Shown piece after piece: positions 10,799 to 24,555 of a stretch of 64,000 nucleotides of DNA. This DNA comes from Octopus vulgaris (lineage: Eukaryota). The notes under the pieces are model-generated. The model had not been told where the DNA came from and did not search any database. It saw nothing but the letters and a program-made list of their open reading frames with translations. Location of the stretch: positions 3,534,001-3,598,000 of the forward strand of contig OX597831.1 in NCBI GenBank assembly GCA_951406725.2. The letters run 5' to 3'. The first letter of the stretch is position 1. Every line of letters starts with the position of its first letter. The translations under genes and the position numbers were made by a program.

Positions 10799-11629
10799 CT
10801 CTAGGCTGTCACTAAACATGTTAGAACTAGCAGTCAGATCTCTCCTAAATCACATCTTATCATTTTAAAAAAGGACATGTTAGGTAATGTGATCCTGGCT
10901 TCTCTACAAAAAGAAAAATGATATGATGGTCATGACTGGAATGTCTTTGATTATAGGTGTATTCAGTCAAAGCTGACCAGTGATTAAGCAAAATTAAAAA
11001 CAAAAATTCAACCCTGAAAATTCTCAGGCCATCTAGCTGTAAACATGTACAACATCTTAAGAATAATTCACTACAGTGTTTCATTTGTGGATCAATGAAA
11101 GGCTTTTGACTTAACAAGGAATTGCTGCTGTGAAATATTCTCAGAAAGTGTGGTAATGTGGTTACTCATCCAAATTTATTACCTTTTACGCTACTTCCAT
11201 ACAGGAACGATGCACCATGTTGTTATTGGTGAGCTGAAAGCAGGAATTCAGTTCCTAGATAAGTTTGTGTCTTTGGGCAAGCTACTTCGTATTACATTGT
11301 TCTGGTCTACTTAGCCAAAATGAGAATCAGCTGAGTGCTGGTGCAAAACATTTGCCTCACCAGCTGCCGTATCCTCGATGTTCTGCTGGATAAAGAGTGG
11401 GAAGGACAGAGAAGATGTCAGTGCTTGTGAGCAACTACATAAGGGGCTAAAACAATTAGCAAAAGTATGGTTTATGATCCCAAGTCATCCTCAGTTCCAA
11501 GTGATGGCCATAGATATACAGAGTCTTTGGACTAAATTTGACAGTTTGCATGAAAGGAAAAGTAAACACTGTATCCCATTCAAAAATAAGTCATTTTAAA
11601 AAATCAAAACATATCAACTAGATTATGGC

Positions 11630-12370
11630 TGAGAGATAATAGTTCACTTAAAGTGGCTGTCCTCAGCTTCCGCCACAGTCCCAAGACAGCTCGGAAATCT
11701 GGTGCATGCGTTTCCCACTGTATCCCTGGGAAGATCTTTAAACACCTCATTGATCTAAGCCACTGGATCAGCCTTGGTGTTGCAGACAGAGTGGTTGGTC
11801 TCTTTCTCAACCATGCCCCACATATAGTAATTCATGAGATTGCAGTTGGGGGAATTAGGGATCCAGAAATTGGTGCTAGTGGTGTCATAGAAATCTCCTG
11901 GCAACCACTTCTGATTCTTTCTGAAGGTATGGCAAGGAGTCACTCCTGCTGTTACACATATGGTCTTCCGGCAGCAATTCTCTCCAGCCAGGATTTGACC
12001 AGTTTCCAGTAGTTTCACATAGCCATCCAAATTGAGCCTGAGTCCCTTTTCAAATATGAAATATGCAAGGATGAATTCCAGCATGCAAATGCAGTCAGAA
12101 TGTCTGCTGTGTCCCTTCCTGCTGGCCATGGCTTCATAGTCTCTGTTGCTGTTGTCCATGTCAAGTCTCACAGAACATTGAACAGCAGTCATGATGTCAA
12201 CATTTTGAGTAGCGGTCACGGTGTCAGCATTTTGATACCCAGCACAAATCCTCATGATACAGGCAATTCTTTTCCAATATTTAGCTGGCTTCCAGTCCTC
12301 CATGTCAGCAAACTTTTTCTCATTTACAACTTTAACCTTTATATTCTCCAATGCCATTGACGGTCCACCG
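11630..12370 (-). pseudogene. Tc1/mariner superfamily (maT-like) transposase remnant
   Basis: FIFEKGLRLNLDGYVKLL...TPCHTFRKNQKWL...FWIPNSPNCNLMNYYMWGMVE is a degenerate (Q)DSAPxH and WPPNSPDxNPxDYxxW catalytic region. Confidence 0.8.
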
Positions 12371-13649
12371 ATACATCTAGCTGTTCCTGAAAAAAACAGA
12401 CATAAAAATCACCAAGTTTAGCCCAAACTCCCAGCACTGTGATCATAATACTAGATAATACTGTGTGCTCTTATAGACTTGCTGTCCCAGTAAACAGTGT
12501 CTTAATGTATTTAGTGATACACAGTTTGGTTGGTAGAATGTGTAATTACTATGTCCAGTAGCATCTAAACTGACATCATATAAATCCTACAGCTTATATC
12601 CTTCATATTGCTATTTACTGAACAAAAGGATGAATTCTCCATTGCCTCAGATGCAACACTACACAAACATTCAGCTACTTCGCTCAAAGCATAGACTACT
12701 GGTCGAAAATGTTGCCATATTGCAACATTTTGCCGAGATTCTATTGAACAAGTTGTTCCACAGCTATACACACGTCACATAAACGGAATGCAATAGAAAA
12801 TGGAATAAAGTAAATCCTGTTCTGAGAAAGAAGGAATTGGAAAATGTATGTGTTAGCACAAATGGATTGCAGTGCGGTTGGTGGTGTTGGTGTTGATGGT
12901 GGTAATTCTTTGAAAATCAGTATTGGAAACCAAGGCTGAGTAATTGGAGAATGGCAGCTAAATGTAAAGGAACTGGATGAAGCTGATAGCATTTAGATGA
13001 ATGCCCCAAGAAAAATAAAGAGAAAAAAAGAGAGAGGCTGGAGAGAAAAATATTAATAAAATTGGAGTTGTCATTGGTGAAATATTCATCGGGAAAGATG
13101 ACAAGTTTTCTACTCTGGAGATCAAGATAGAGAGAGATTTCAAATTCAATAACATAGAGTAACAAAAAAAAAAAGAAAAAAAGAAGAAGAAAAAGAACAA
13201 AAGCAAAAACAAATAACAACCCCCACCCCCACCAAGAAACAAAACAAAACAAAAACAAAAAGACACAAAAAAGCAAACAAAAAAACATATGCTACAGGAA
13301 GTTCCAGAATGGCATTGCATCTGTCAAATACAATGTAGCAGCAGTATTGGATCCCTTTAGTAATAAAAAGCTCAGATCAGATCCTTTAGCAATATTTGAA
13401 AAAAAATATCAGAAGTCTGCTAGGTGAGTTGGAAGTCGAATAATGGTAAAAATAGTTTCTCCATTTCTTCAGTCGTAAACCATCTCTTAATTGAGTGAGA
13501 CAGAAAAAAAAAAAGAAATGGAAAAAAAATAAGTCAATAAAAACTCGACTGGTACTGATTAAATTTATGTGATTGCTTGGTATTTGGTAAAGAGACAGAA
13601 GCAGTAGACTGGATATTTTGTAATTTTCTAGTTCAGTGCCAAGTGACTT

Positions 13650-15505
13650 GCTATTCAAATTCTATTGAAGATGATTTAACTTTTCAAAAGGTTTTAGTAT
13701 TTATAAAATAACTACACTTTAATATCTGGGTGTAGCTGTGTGGTAAATGAGGTTGTTTTCAAAGCATGGAGTTCTGAGTTCGATTCCATTGCTTTCTGTC
13801 ACGGGAAGGTGTTTTCTACTTCTGTAGTTCCAAGTTGATTATAATGTCTTGTGAAGGGAATTTGGTAAGTGGATATGGTACAGAAGCTTGTCATGACACA
13901 GGTGTGGCTGTGTAGGAGCAAGTGAGGCTTTGGGGTCAACAGTTTGCTTCCCAATCCTGAAACCTTGGGAAAGTATTTTCTGCTATAGCTTTAATATCTA
14001 GGCGTAGCTGTGTGGTAAATGAGGTTGCTTTGAAAGCATGGAGTTCTGGGTTCAATTCCATTGCTTTCTATCTTGGGAAGTGGGAAGGCGTTTTCTACTA
14101 CTGTAGTTCCAAGTTGATTATAATGTCTTATGAAGGGAATTTGGTAAGTGGATATGGTACAGAAGCTTGTCATGACACAGGTGTGGCTGCGTAGGAGCAA
14201 GTGAGGCTGTGGGGTTAACAGTTTGCTTCCCAATCCTGAAACCATGGGCAAGTATTTTCTGCTACAGCTTTAATATCTAGGTGTAGCTGTGTGGTAAATG
14301 AGGTTGTTTTGAAAGCATGGAGTTCTGAGTTCGATTCCATTGCTTTCTATCTTGGGAAGGTGTTTTCTACTTCTGTAGTTCCAAGTTGATTATAATGTCC
14401 TGTGAAGGGAATTTGGTAATTGGATATGGTACAGAAGCTTGTCATGACACAGGTGTGGCTGTGTAGGAGCAAGTGAGGCTGTGGGGTCAACAGTTTGCTT
14501 CCCAATCCTGAAACCTTGGGAAAGTATTTTCTGCTATAGCTTTAATATCTAGGCGTAGCTGTGTGGTAAATGAGGTTGCTTTGAAAGCCTGGAGTTCTGG
14601 GTTCGATTCCATTGCTTTCTATCTTGGGAAGGTGTTTTCTACTACTGTAGTTCCAAGTTGATTATAATGTCCTGTGAAGGGAATTTGGTAAGTGGATATG
14701 GTACAGAAGCTTGTCATGACACAGGTGTGGCTGTGTAGGTGCAAGTGAGGCTGTGGGGTTAACAGTTTGCTTCCCAATCCTGAAACCTTGGGCAAGTATT
14801 TTCTGCTATAGCTTTAATATCTAGGTGTAGCTGTGGGTCATCATCATCATCATCTTCATCATTGTTTAATGCCTGCTTTCCATGCTGGCATGGGTTGGAT
14901 GGTTTGACTGAGGACTGGCGAACCAGATGGCTGCACCAGGCTCCAATCTGATCTGGCAGAGTTTCTACAGCTGGATGCCCTTCCTAATGCCAACCACTCT
15001 GAGAATGTAGCGGGTGCTTTTATATGCCACCGGCACTAGGGCCAGTCAGGCGGTACTGGTGACAGCCATGCTAAAATGGTGTTTTTTACGTGCCACCTGC
15101 GCTATTCAAAATCTATTGAAGATGATTTAACTTTTCAAAAGGTTTTAGTATTTATAAAATAACTACACTTTAATATCTAGGTGTAGCTGTGTGGTAAATG
15201 AGGTTGTTTTGAAAGCATGGAGTTCTGAGTTCAATTCCATTGCTTTCTATCGTGGGGAGGTGTTTTCTACTACTGTAGTTCCAAGTTGATTATAATGTCT
15301 TTTGAAGGGAATTTGGTAAGTGGATATGGTACAGAAGCTTGTCATGACACAGGTGTGACCGTGTAGGTGCAAGTGAGGCTGTGGGGTTAAGAGTTTGCTT
15401 TCCAGTCACATGGCTTCAGGTTCAGTCCTGAAACCATGGGCAAGTATTTTCTGCTATAGCTTCAGGTTGACCAAAGCTTTGTGAGAGGGTTTGGCTGATG
15501 GAAAC
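13650..15505 (+). repeat. 272-bp tandem array built from two decayed family A SINE heads
   Basis: Unit starts at 13721, 13993, 14272, 14544, 14816 (partial) and 15172, with spacing 272/279/272/272. Confidence 0.92.
14839..15100 (-). mobile_element. RTE-clade LINE 3' UTR/tail (family R)
   Basis: Reverse complement of GTGGTTGGCATTAGGAAGGGCATCCAGCTGTAGAAAC...CCAACCCATGCCAGCATGGAAA(GAT)n. The same tail follows RTE ORF sequence at 29922-30535. Confidence 0.8.
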
Positions 15506-15507
15506 TA

Positions 15508-15706
15508 AAATGCTTAGCAGTATTTCATCTGCCGTTATGTTCTGAGCTCAAATTCCACCGAGGCCGACTTTGCCTTTCATCCTTTCAGAGTCGATAAATT
15601 AAGTACCAGTTATGCACTGGGGTCAATGTAATCAACTTAATCTCTTTGTCTGTCCTTGTTTGTCCCCTCTGTGTTTAGTCCCTTTTGGGCAATAAAGAAA
15701 TAAGAA
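15508..15706 (+). mobile_element. Nin-domain-like SINE (family B)
   Basis: Family B core plus TTTGTCTGTCCTTGTTTGTCCCCTCTG..AATAAAGAAATAAG tail. Confidence 0.8.
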
Positions 15707-16044
15707 AACTAAAAGAAATCTATCATACACACACATATACATATATACATATGTGTGTGTGTGCGCGTGCATTCATGTGTGTGTGCATATGTGTTAGTGT
15801 TGCATTGCCTTGGCATCATGTGATAGTTGTAAACAAGTGTCACCATGATGCAAGTAGTGTCTTTTATTGTCAACCTTTCATGAGAACATGCCTGGCCCTA
15901 GAGAAATATTATCTTGCTTGGAAACAGGTGAGGGTTGGTGACAGGAAGGGCATCCAGCTGTAGGAAATCTGCTTCAGCAAATTTCGTATGACCCATGCAA
16001 GCATGGAAAAGTAAGCATAGAAACAATGATGACATGTGTGTCTC

Positions 16045-16103
<59 letters not shown>

Positions 16104-16532
16104 CTGCATGTGCCTCTGTGTGTGTGTGTGTGTGTGCGTGCGTGTGATTGTTTTATTGTGTAAACTGAAATTTTGAATTGCAGTCCTATACTTCAAAAAT
16201 GGAACTTATAAGTTCAATAAATTGTAATCAATGAAATAATGGATTCAATATGATTCCTATAGAAAAAAAAAAACTTTTGAAGATGGTTTAACCCTTTGTT
16301 GGTGGCCTCAACTCACTGACTGAAACCAATAAAAGAATAACAGAATCAAAGAAATATGATTTTAGATATTATAAGCACCAATTTGAAACCACATAAAAAG
16401 CACTGGTGCTGATACCATTTAAAAAGCACCCGGTACACTCTGTAAAGTGGTTGGCATTAGGAAGGGCATCCAGCTGTGAGTGGATGCAGATGACAAAAAC
16501 TGTGAGGGAAGTCCATTGTGTGTGTGTGTGTG

Positions 16533-16870
16533 GTGGGGGTATTGCTCAGTGATTAGAGCATTGGGCTTGCAATCATGAGGTAGTAAGCTCGATTCCTGGA
16601 CCAGGCTGTACATTATGTTCTTGAGCAAGACACTCTACTTCACGTTGCTCCAGTCACTCATTTGTGGAAATGAGCTCTGACGTCACTGGTGCGAAGCTGT
16701 ATCGGCCTTTGCCTTTCCCTTGGATAACATCAGTGAATGAAGAGGGGAGGCTGGTATGCATGGCCAACTGCTGGTCTTCCATAAACAACCTTGCCTGGAC
16801 TTGTGCTTCAGAAGGGGACTTTCTAGGAGCAATCCCTCCCATGGTCATTCATGACCAAAGAGGTTCTTTA
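16533..16870 (+). mobile_element. CORE-like tRNA SINE (family C)
   Basis: Colinear with 7235-7553. Confidence 0.8.
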
Positions 16871-16970
<100 letters not shown>

Positions 16971-16977
16971 CATGTAT

Positions 16978-17170
16978 AATGAGAATTTACAAAAAAACTA
17001 AAGACGAAGATGGGTGTGTAAACAATAAACAGATGTATTAGTTTAACGCTCAGGAAGTGAGAAGGTCTTTTATGTTTCGAGCCTCTGCTCTTCGACAGAA
17101 AGGAACACAGAAATAAACAGGGAGAGAAAATAGAAAAAGGTTTAGTGGCTAGTGATCTATCATGGCGAAT
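16978..17170 (-). mobile_element. Short (TA)n-embedded PLE-type repeat with degenerate minimal hammerhead (17067-17102)
   Basis: Minus strand CTTT-CTGTCGA-A-GAGC-agag-GCTC-GAAAC-A-TA-AAAG. Flanked by (TA)n on both sides. Confidence 0.55.
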
Positions 17171-17721
17171 GTATATATATATATATATATATATGAATGT
17201 GAGTGTGTGAGTGTGTGAGTGTGTGTGTGTGTGTGTACATGTATGACTTTGTGTTTGTTTGACAACTGATGTTAGTATGTTCATGTTCTTGTAACTCAAC
17301 AGTTGAGTGAAAGAGGCTGATAGAATAATAAGTACCTGACTTCAAAAGAAGCATGGTGTTTATTTGTATGGCAGAACCCTTCAAGATGCTGCCCCAGCAT
17401 GGTCACAGTTCAATGACTGTAACAGTCAAAAATTTTTGTAAAATAGGCATAAAGCAGAAATTTTGAATTTGGAAGCAGTTGATTTTTTGATAATATTTTA
17501 TTGACCTTGAAAGGGTGAAAGTTAAAGTTGACTTCAAGAGTATTTGAACCTGGAGAACCCATTGCTCAGAAGATGGAGATGGAGCTCAGTTACTCATATT
17601 GACCCTAGAACTTGACTGGTAGACTGGTACTTGATTATTATCAGCTCTGTACAGATGAAAGACAATTGATCTCCATGTAGTCTGAACTCAGAACATAAAG
17701 CTTTGTAACTAAAACATAGTC

Positions 17722-18165
17722 ACAGGTGCGACTGTGTAATAAGAAACTTGCTTCCCAACCACATGGTTCCAAGTTCAGTCCCACTTCATAGCACTTTAGT
17801 TAAGTGTCTTCTACTATAGCCTTGAACTGACCAAAACTTTGTAAGTGAATTTGGTCAATGGAAACTGAAAGAAACCAGTTGTATACACACACATACACAC
17901 ACACACATGTATACACACATATATCTTTATATATATATGTGTGTGTGTGTATGTCTTTGTGTTTGTGTCCCCCACCATTGCTTGACAACCGGTGTTGGTG
18001 TGTTTACATTCCTGTAATCTAACAGTTTGACAAAATAGACGGATAGAATTAAGTACCAGATTTAAAAAGAGTACTGGGGTCAACTCAATCGACTAGAAAT
18101 TCTTGAAGGCAGTGACCCAGCATGGCCACAGTCTAATAACTGGAACAAGTAAAAAAGATAGAAGA
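17722..18165 (+). mobile_element. Family A SINE (older copy)
   Basis: tRNA-like head, internal (CA)/(TA)/(TG) microsatellite, conserved 3' tail. Confidence 0.8.
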
Positions 18166-18456
18166 TAGTGTCAGAACCTCAGATTTTTAGGGGAGAGGAG
18201 GACATTTATGTCAATCCTGACCCCATCCTGCTCAATAATTGACTTACACCTTATATAATTAACCCTGGTGAGATGGCAGACCAAGTCAACTTAGGTGGGA
18301 TTTGAACTCAAAATGTCAAGCGAACTACAAGATTTTGCCCATTTTTGTCCACCATTCTGTCAGTTCCCTTTCCCCACCCTTCTTTGGGGATAATAATCAC
18401 TTGAAACTGAGAACCTCCTTTATAAAATTCCTTTTCAATAAATAAATATCATTTGT

Positions 18457-18668
18457 CTTTTATCTTTTACCTGTTTCAGTCATTTGACTGAGGCCATGCT
18501 GGGGCACCACCATGAAGGGTTTTAGCCAAAGAAATCGACTCCAGGACTTATTTTTTTTAAAGCCTAGTACTTATTCTATTGGTCTCTTTGTGCCAACTTG
18601 ATAAGTTATGAGGACATAAACACACCAACACTGGTTGTCAAGTACTGGTAGGGGACAAAGACAGAAGC

Positions 18669-18743
<75 letters not shown>

Positions 18744-18885
18744 TATGATGGACTTCTTTCAGTTTCCATCTACCCAATCCGCTCACAAGGCTTTGGTCAG
18801 CCCAAGGCTATAGTAAAAGACACTTCTTGCTCAAGGTGCCACACAGTGGGACTGAACCTGGAACCATGTAGTTGGGAAGCAAGCT
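18457..18885 (-). mobile_element. Family A SINE
   Basis: Reverse-complement copy with internal (TA)n. Confidence 0.8.
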
Positions 18886-19236
18886 TAAATAAATAAGCCA
18901 AAACTTAATTCTCATTTTATTAAAACACTTGAAAATATTTTTTAAAATTGTTTTTTTTTCCCATTTTTCTTTCATTAATTTACTATTTTAGTGTAAACCA
19001 TGACAGTCTGTCTGTCTGTCTGTTTGTCTGTCCGTCTGTCTGTCCTACAAAGGACAAGAAAAATGAAACAAGTAAAAAAAAAAAATATAAATTAAAAAAA
19101 AAAAGAAAACAACAAAACAAAATTTATAATAAAAAAAAACAACATAAAAAAGATAAGGGCGAATTTGTGGCATCGATGATGACTTAATTATAGTTTAAAA
19201 TCTAGTTCATTAGTCTACTAGCCAAGAGGTTCTGTG

Positions 19237-19250
19237 GTTGCTATGGTTAC
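19237..19250. promoter_or_regulatory. Candidate RFX X-box
   Basis: GTTGCTATGGTTAC fits the RFX imperfect-palindrome consensus and lies in non-repetitive, relatively CpG-retaining sequence. Confidence 0.3.
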
Positions 19251-22127
19251 AGGATATTATCGGGTCTAGCAAGCACAAAATGGGGAAAATAAATAAATAA
19301 ATAAATAAATGAATAAATAAATAAAATTAAAAAAAAAAGTCTTCGGTGCTATTAGTGTCCGAATAAGCAAATTAAGTGCAACATTCTCTTTCATGTTGTC
19401 GTAAATAACGGTTGTTATAGCTGTTGGTTTACGATGCTCAGTTAAGCAACATTGCAACATTGATTCTGCTGCCAAAACCAAACCACAGTCAAAGATTTGG
19501 GTGCAGAGGGAAAATCTTTGGCTAATTTCTTCGTTTTTTTTTTTTTGGGTTTTTTTATTGCTACTTTTATTCAATTTATTATTATTATTATTATTTTATT
19601 TTTTTTTTTAATATTTTGGGTGTTTTAAATAATTTTTTTCAAGACATGAAAGGACAACTGTCTGTATCTCTAAGGTTTGGTCTGTTGGTATACACACACA
19701 CACATACGCACACACACGCACACACACATACACACACACACAGACATACATATACACACGCACACACACACACAGACACACAGACATACATATACACACG
19801 CACGCACACACACACACAGACATACATATACACATGCACACACACACAGACATACATGTACACATGCACACACACACACACACATACATGTACACATGCA
19901 CACACACACACAGACATACATATACACACACACACGCACACAGACATACATGTACACACGCACACACACACACACACAGACACAGACACAGACATACATG
20001 TACACACGCACACACACACACACACATATATATAATGTATTATATATTTATAGGCACATATATAATGTATTATATATATATTATATATATATGCATATAT
20101 GCATGTACACACATACATATAAATATATATGTATATATGCATATATATATATGCATATATGTACATACACATGCTGGAGTAAAAATTTATGTGTGTGAAT
20201 ATGGAAGACAACTAAGGAGAAAAAACCCCATTCTGCTCCATTGAACCAGGAAGCTGTGTTAGAGAAATTATAAACCTCTCTGTTCTCCACCTTTTTTTTT
20301 TTTTTAATGAAAAGAAAACTCCGAAAAATAACAAAAAAAAAAAATAATAAAAAATATTCCGCTTAGTTGTGTTTTCTTTTTCCTTTTCTTTTTGTTTTTC
20401 TTCTCATTTATTATCTTTTATTGTTTTTTTTTTCTCCTTCCTTTTTTTTAAAAAAAAAAAAAAATTTTTGTTTTATTACAGCTTTTATAGAAATTTTCTT
20501 CTTTCTTTTTCTTTTTCCTTTTTTGTTTTTGTTTTTGTTCTGGCGGCTGGTTTTAATTACTTCTCTATTTAAAAACATCGCTAAAAAAATACACAGCATC
20601 GTCTCTTGTTTTAGTTTCAGGTTCAACCAAAAACAACAACAACAGCAACAACAAGAGCAACAATAATGATAAAAACAACAATTATTATTGTTATCATTAT
20701 ACACCTCTTCCTCTTCATTATCATCATTACCACTATCATCCTCCTCCTCCTCATCATCATCATCACCATGATCATGATCATCATCATCATCATCATCACC
20801 ATCATCATCATTATCATCATCATCATTATCATCCTCATCATCATCATCATCAATATCATCGTCATATTATCAGTGGCCCCCTTTTCCTCATCAACAGCAT
20901 CATTTTATGCATATATATATATATATGCATACACACACACACACACATACATGTATATATGCAAATATATATATATATATATATATACGCACACACTTTT
21001 ATATATAAATCATTATCATCATCGTCATCATCGTCATCATCATCATCATCGTTGTCGTCGTTGTAATTATCATTATCATCATTATCATCATCACCACCAC
21101 CACCACTACAACTACCATCACCACAACAACCATAAGCAGCCCCCATCATCGCTATAACTTCCACCCCCACATCACCAAAACTACCACCACCACAACCACC
21201 ACTACTATCATCATCATCATCATCATTATCATCATTGTTATTAATGAGCTAATTAAAGAGATAATACAGACAGAGATAGGTTCCAGTTGGGTAACAACAG
21301 GGTGGATATAGACAGAGATTTAAATGGGTAAAGATAATAATATTGAAGATAGGGGAGGTAGGAGCGGTAGTGGTGGGGGTGGGGTGTTTCAGTGGAAGTG
21401 GCGGGGCGACGGTGGTGGTGGTAGAACTAGTTGATGATGGTGATTATGATTGGGGTAGTGAGATAGTAATAGCGATAGTAGTAATGGTGGTGGTGGTGGT
21501 GGTGGTGGTGGTAGTGAAGGTGTTGCCGGTAGTAGTGGTGAGGGCAGTGGTGTTGATGGTGGTAGGGATGGTAGTGGCAGTGTTGATGGTGTTGGTGGTG
21601 GGGATAACAGCACTATTGATGGTGGTGGTGTTGGTGGTAGTGGTTGTGGCAGTGGTGTTGATGGTGGTAGTGGTGAGTATGGTGGTACAAGTTGTGGTGG
21701 TAGCAGTGGTAGCACTGATGGTGGTGATGGTGATGGTGATATTGGTGGTGGTGGTGGTGGTTGTGGTGGTGGTGGCTGTAGTGGTGGTGGTAGTTGTAGT
21801 GGTGATGGTGGCAGTAACTGTTGTGTTATCCTGATTCCAATGGTAGCAGTAGCTGTGACAACGGTGCTGTTGCCTAATTCGAGCCTACTCTAAGCTACTA
21901 AGAATGCGTGTGGCAACTTGAAGATCCACCCACGACATGTGATAGATTTGTGGTTGCACGGGCGTGAAAGCTATGTTGTTATCCTCATTCCATAAACAGT
22001 GGCTTTTAATGGGTGTAGAGCCGAACCATCTTGGGGTACAGAGGATTCGCAATTTAGACTAAGATCTGAAAGTTTACCACACCATAGTGGGTAACACCAT
22101 GGTTCCTCTGCTTTGTGGTCAAAGTAG

Positions 22128-22308
22128 GAAGAAAGAGTGAGAGAAAGTAGTGGTAAAAGAGTACAGCGGGGTTCCCCGCACCCCCACCGGAGCCTCATGG
22201 ACCTTAGGTGCTTTTGCTCAATAAACACTCACAGTGACCGGTCTGGGAATCGAAACCACGTTCTTACGACTGTCCACTGTCCTAACCACTGGGCCATCAC
22301 ACCTCCAC
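22128..22308 (-). mobile_element. tRNA-derived SINE head (family D)
   Basis: Colinear with the 5' half of 42753-43141. Confidence 0.7.
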
Positions 22309-22507
22309 TGGTGCTGTTGTTGGCAATGTTTGGTCAGTTATATTACGAAATAAGAAATTAACAGTTCCTATCACAGATGTTATATCATATTTGGACTCAA
22401 ACCAGTTAAATCTTGATGATCAAATCTATTTAGGTATACATCAGTACCACTGTACTATGTTGAGTGTTTCATAGTGATTGGCAAGAACAGGAATGTGGAA
22501 TTGATAT

Positions 22508-22926
22508 GCAGGAGTGGCTGTGTGGTAAGTAGCTTGCTTACCAACCACATGGTTCTGGGTTCAGTCCCACTGCGTGGCATCTTGGGCAAGTGTCTTCTGC
22601 TATAGCCCCGGGCTGACCAATGCCTTGTGAGTGGATTTGTTTGATGGAAACTGAAAGAAACCTGTCGAATATATGTATATATAAATATATGTATGTGTGT
22701 GTATATGTTTGTATGTCTGTTTGTCCCCCTAGCATTGTTTGACAACTGATGCTGGTGTGTTTACATCCCCGTCACTTAGCGGTTCGGCAAAAGAGACCGA
22801 TAGAATAAGTACTGGGCTTACAAAGAATAAGTCCCGGGGTCGATTTGCTCGACTAAAGGCGGTGCTCCAGCATGGCCGCAGTCAAATGACTGAAACAAGT
22901 AAAAGAGTAAAAGAGAGTAAAGAGTA
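22508..22926 (+). mobile_element. Family A SINE, full length
   Basis: A box TGGCTGTGTGG, B-box-like GGTTCAGTCCC, internal microsatellite, (GTAAAAGA)n tail. Confidence 0.88.
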
Positions 22927-23092
22927 ACGTATGCCATTGGTTTTATCTCGTATCCAAGAATTTAGCTTCTTCTTTGCTGAACATTTCCTTTATGGTGATG
23001 GCGTTGATGATTCTGTAGACCAATTCTTGCATAGAAGAGTCAATGGCATTGACTACATGGCAATGTTGGTGGCAGTCGAGATTGATTTTGTT

Positions 23093-23185
23093 ACACTGAT
23101 TCTCATCCAATCACCGATGTTAAGCAATGTTGAGCCTAGCTAGTTCTTAGATGGTGACCACTTGGAAAGCCTAGGTGCTGTAAGC
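23093..23185 (+). pseudogene. 5S rRNA pseudogene, 5'-truncated
   Basis: ACACTGATTCTCATCCAATCACCGATGTTAAGCAATGTTGAGCCTAGCTAGTTCTTAGATGGTGACCACTTGGAAAGCCTAGGTGCTGTAAGC aligns with the 3' ~95 nt of metazoan 5S rRNA. Many differences are CpG-type transitions. Confidence 0.8.
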
Positions 23186-23214
23186 ACCACTGACATTTTT
23201 TTCTTTTTTCTTTT

Positions 23215-23815
23215 TTCCTTATTGCCCACAGGGAGCTAAACACAGAGGAGACAAACAAGGACAGACTAAAGGGATTAAGTCGATCACATCAACCCCAGTG
23301 TGTCACTGGTACTTATTTTATCGACCCCGAAAGGATGAAAGGCAAAGTCGACCTCGGTGGAATTTGAACTCAGAATGTAACGGCAGACAAAATACCTATT
23401 TCTTTACTACCCACAAGGGGCTAAACACAGAGAGGACAAACAAGGACAGACAAAGGGATTAAGTCGATTACATCAACCCCAGTGCGTAACTGGTACTTAA
23501 TTTATCGACCCTGAAAGGATGAAAGGCAAAGTTGACCTCGGTGGAATTTGAACTCAGAATGTAACGGCAGACAAAATACCTATTTCTTTACTACCCACAA
23601 GGGGCTAAACACAGAGAGGACAAACAAGGACAGACAAAGGGATTAAGTCGATTACATCGACCCCAGTGCATAACTGGTACTTAATTTATCGACCCCGAAA
23701 GGATGAAAGGCAAAGTCGACCTCGGCGGAATTTGAACTCAGAACATAATGGCAGACGAAATACCACAAAGCATTTTGCCCGGCATGCTAACGTTTCTGCC
23801 AGCTTGCCGCCTTAG
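23215..23815 (-). mobile_element. Family B SINE trimer (184-bp internal unit)
   Basis: One head plus three tandem core+tail units. Equivalent positions 23281, 23465 and 23649. Confidence 0.9.
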
Positions 23816-24147
23816 GTTCCACTGAGTTACAGTGAGGAAGTAAAGGCATGTAACCTAGAGGTTAATGTGTTCAGCTTAGAATCCTAAGGACATCAGTTCA
23901 ATTCCTGGGCAAATTGTGTCCTTCGGTAATACTTCAATAATAATGTGTATATGTATAAGGAGTATATATAGTAGTGCTATCATCGTTATTCTACTTCTCC
24001 TCTTCATTATCACCATCGTCATCATCATCACCATCATCACCATCACCACTGCCGCCATTGCCATCGTTGCTGCCGCTGCCACTGCTGCCATCATTGCCAC
24101 TGCTTTCGCCACCTCCGCTGCCGGTACCGCCTCTGCTACCGCTGTCG

Positions 24148-24184
<37 letters not shown>

Positions 24185-24299
24185 TGCCATCATCGTTCTG
24201 TCTTGTCATTATCATCAATATTATCCTCACATTATCAGCAGCCTCCTTTTCTTCATCATCAGTGAGCATCATTTTATACATACATACATAAATATATAT

Positions 24300-24346
<47 letters not shown>

Positions 24347-24430
24347 CATACAAAATACTCTGTTATATCTTGAGATAGCTAGTAATAACAATACACAAAA
24401 TAAAATACAGAATCAGTGTTACATACAAAA

Positions 24431-24555
24431 CACAGGGAATTTATGCTTAAAGTTATAAAACATTGGTAAATTAAAAATTTAGTTATAAAACATTGGTAAT
24501 TAAAATTTTTTTAATTTACCAATGTTTTATAACTTTAAGCATAAATTCACTGTGA
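24431..24555. repeat. Inverted repeat, ~47-bp arms with internal direct duplication
   Basis: 24431-24477 is the reverse complement of ~24509-24555. The spacer repeats AGTTATAAAACATTGGTAA. Lies ~90 bp downstream of a (TA)n run. Confidence 0.85.

Noticed and set aside
12540-13520. Candidate host exon(s)
   Set aside because: Unique sequence with a possible minus-strand polypyrimidine tract near 13500, but the short ORFs show no recognisable domain. It may be UTR and cannot be supported.
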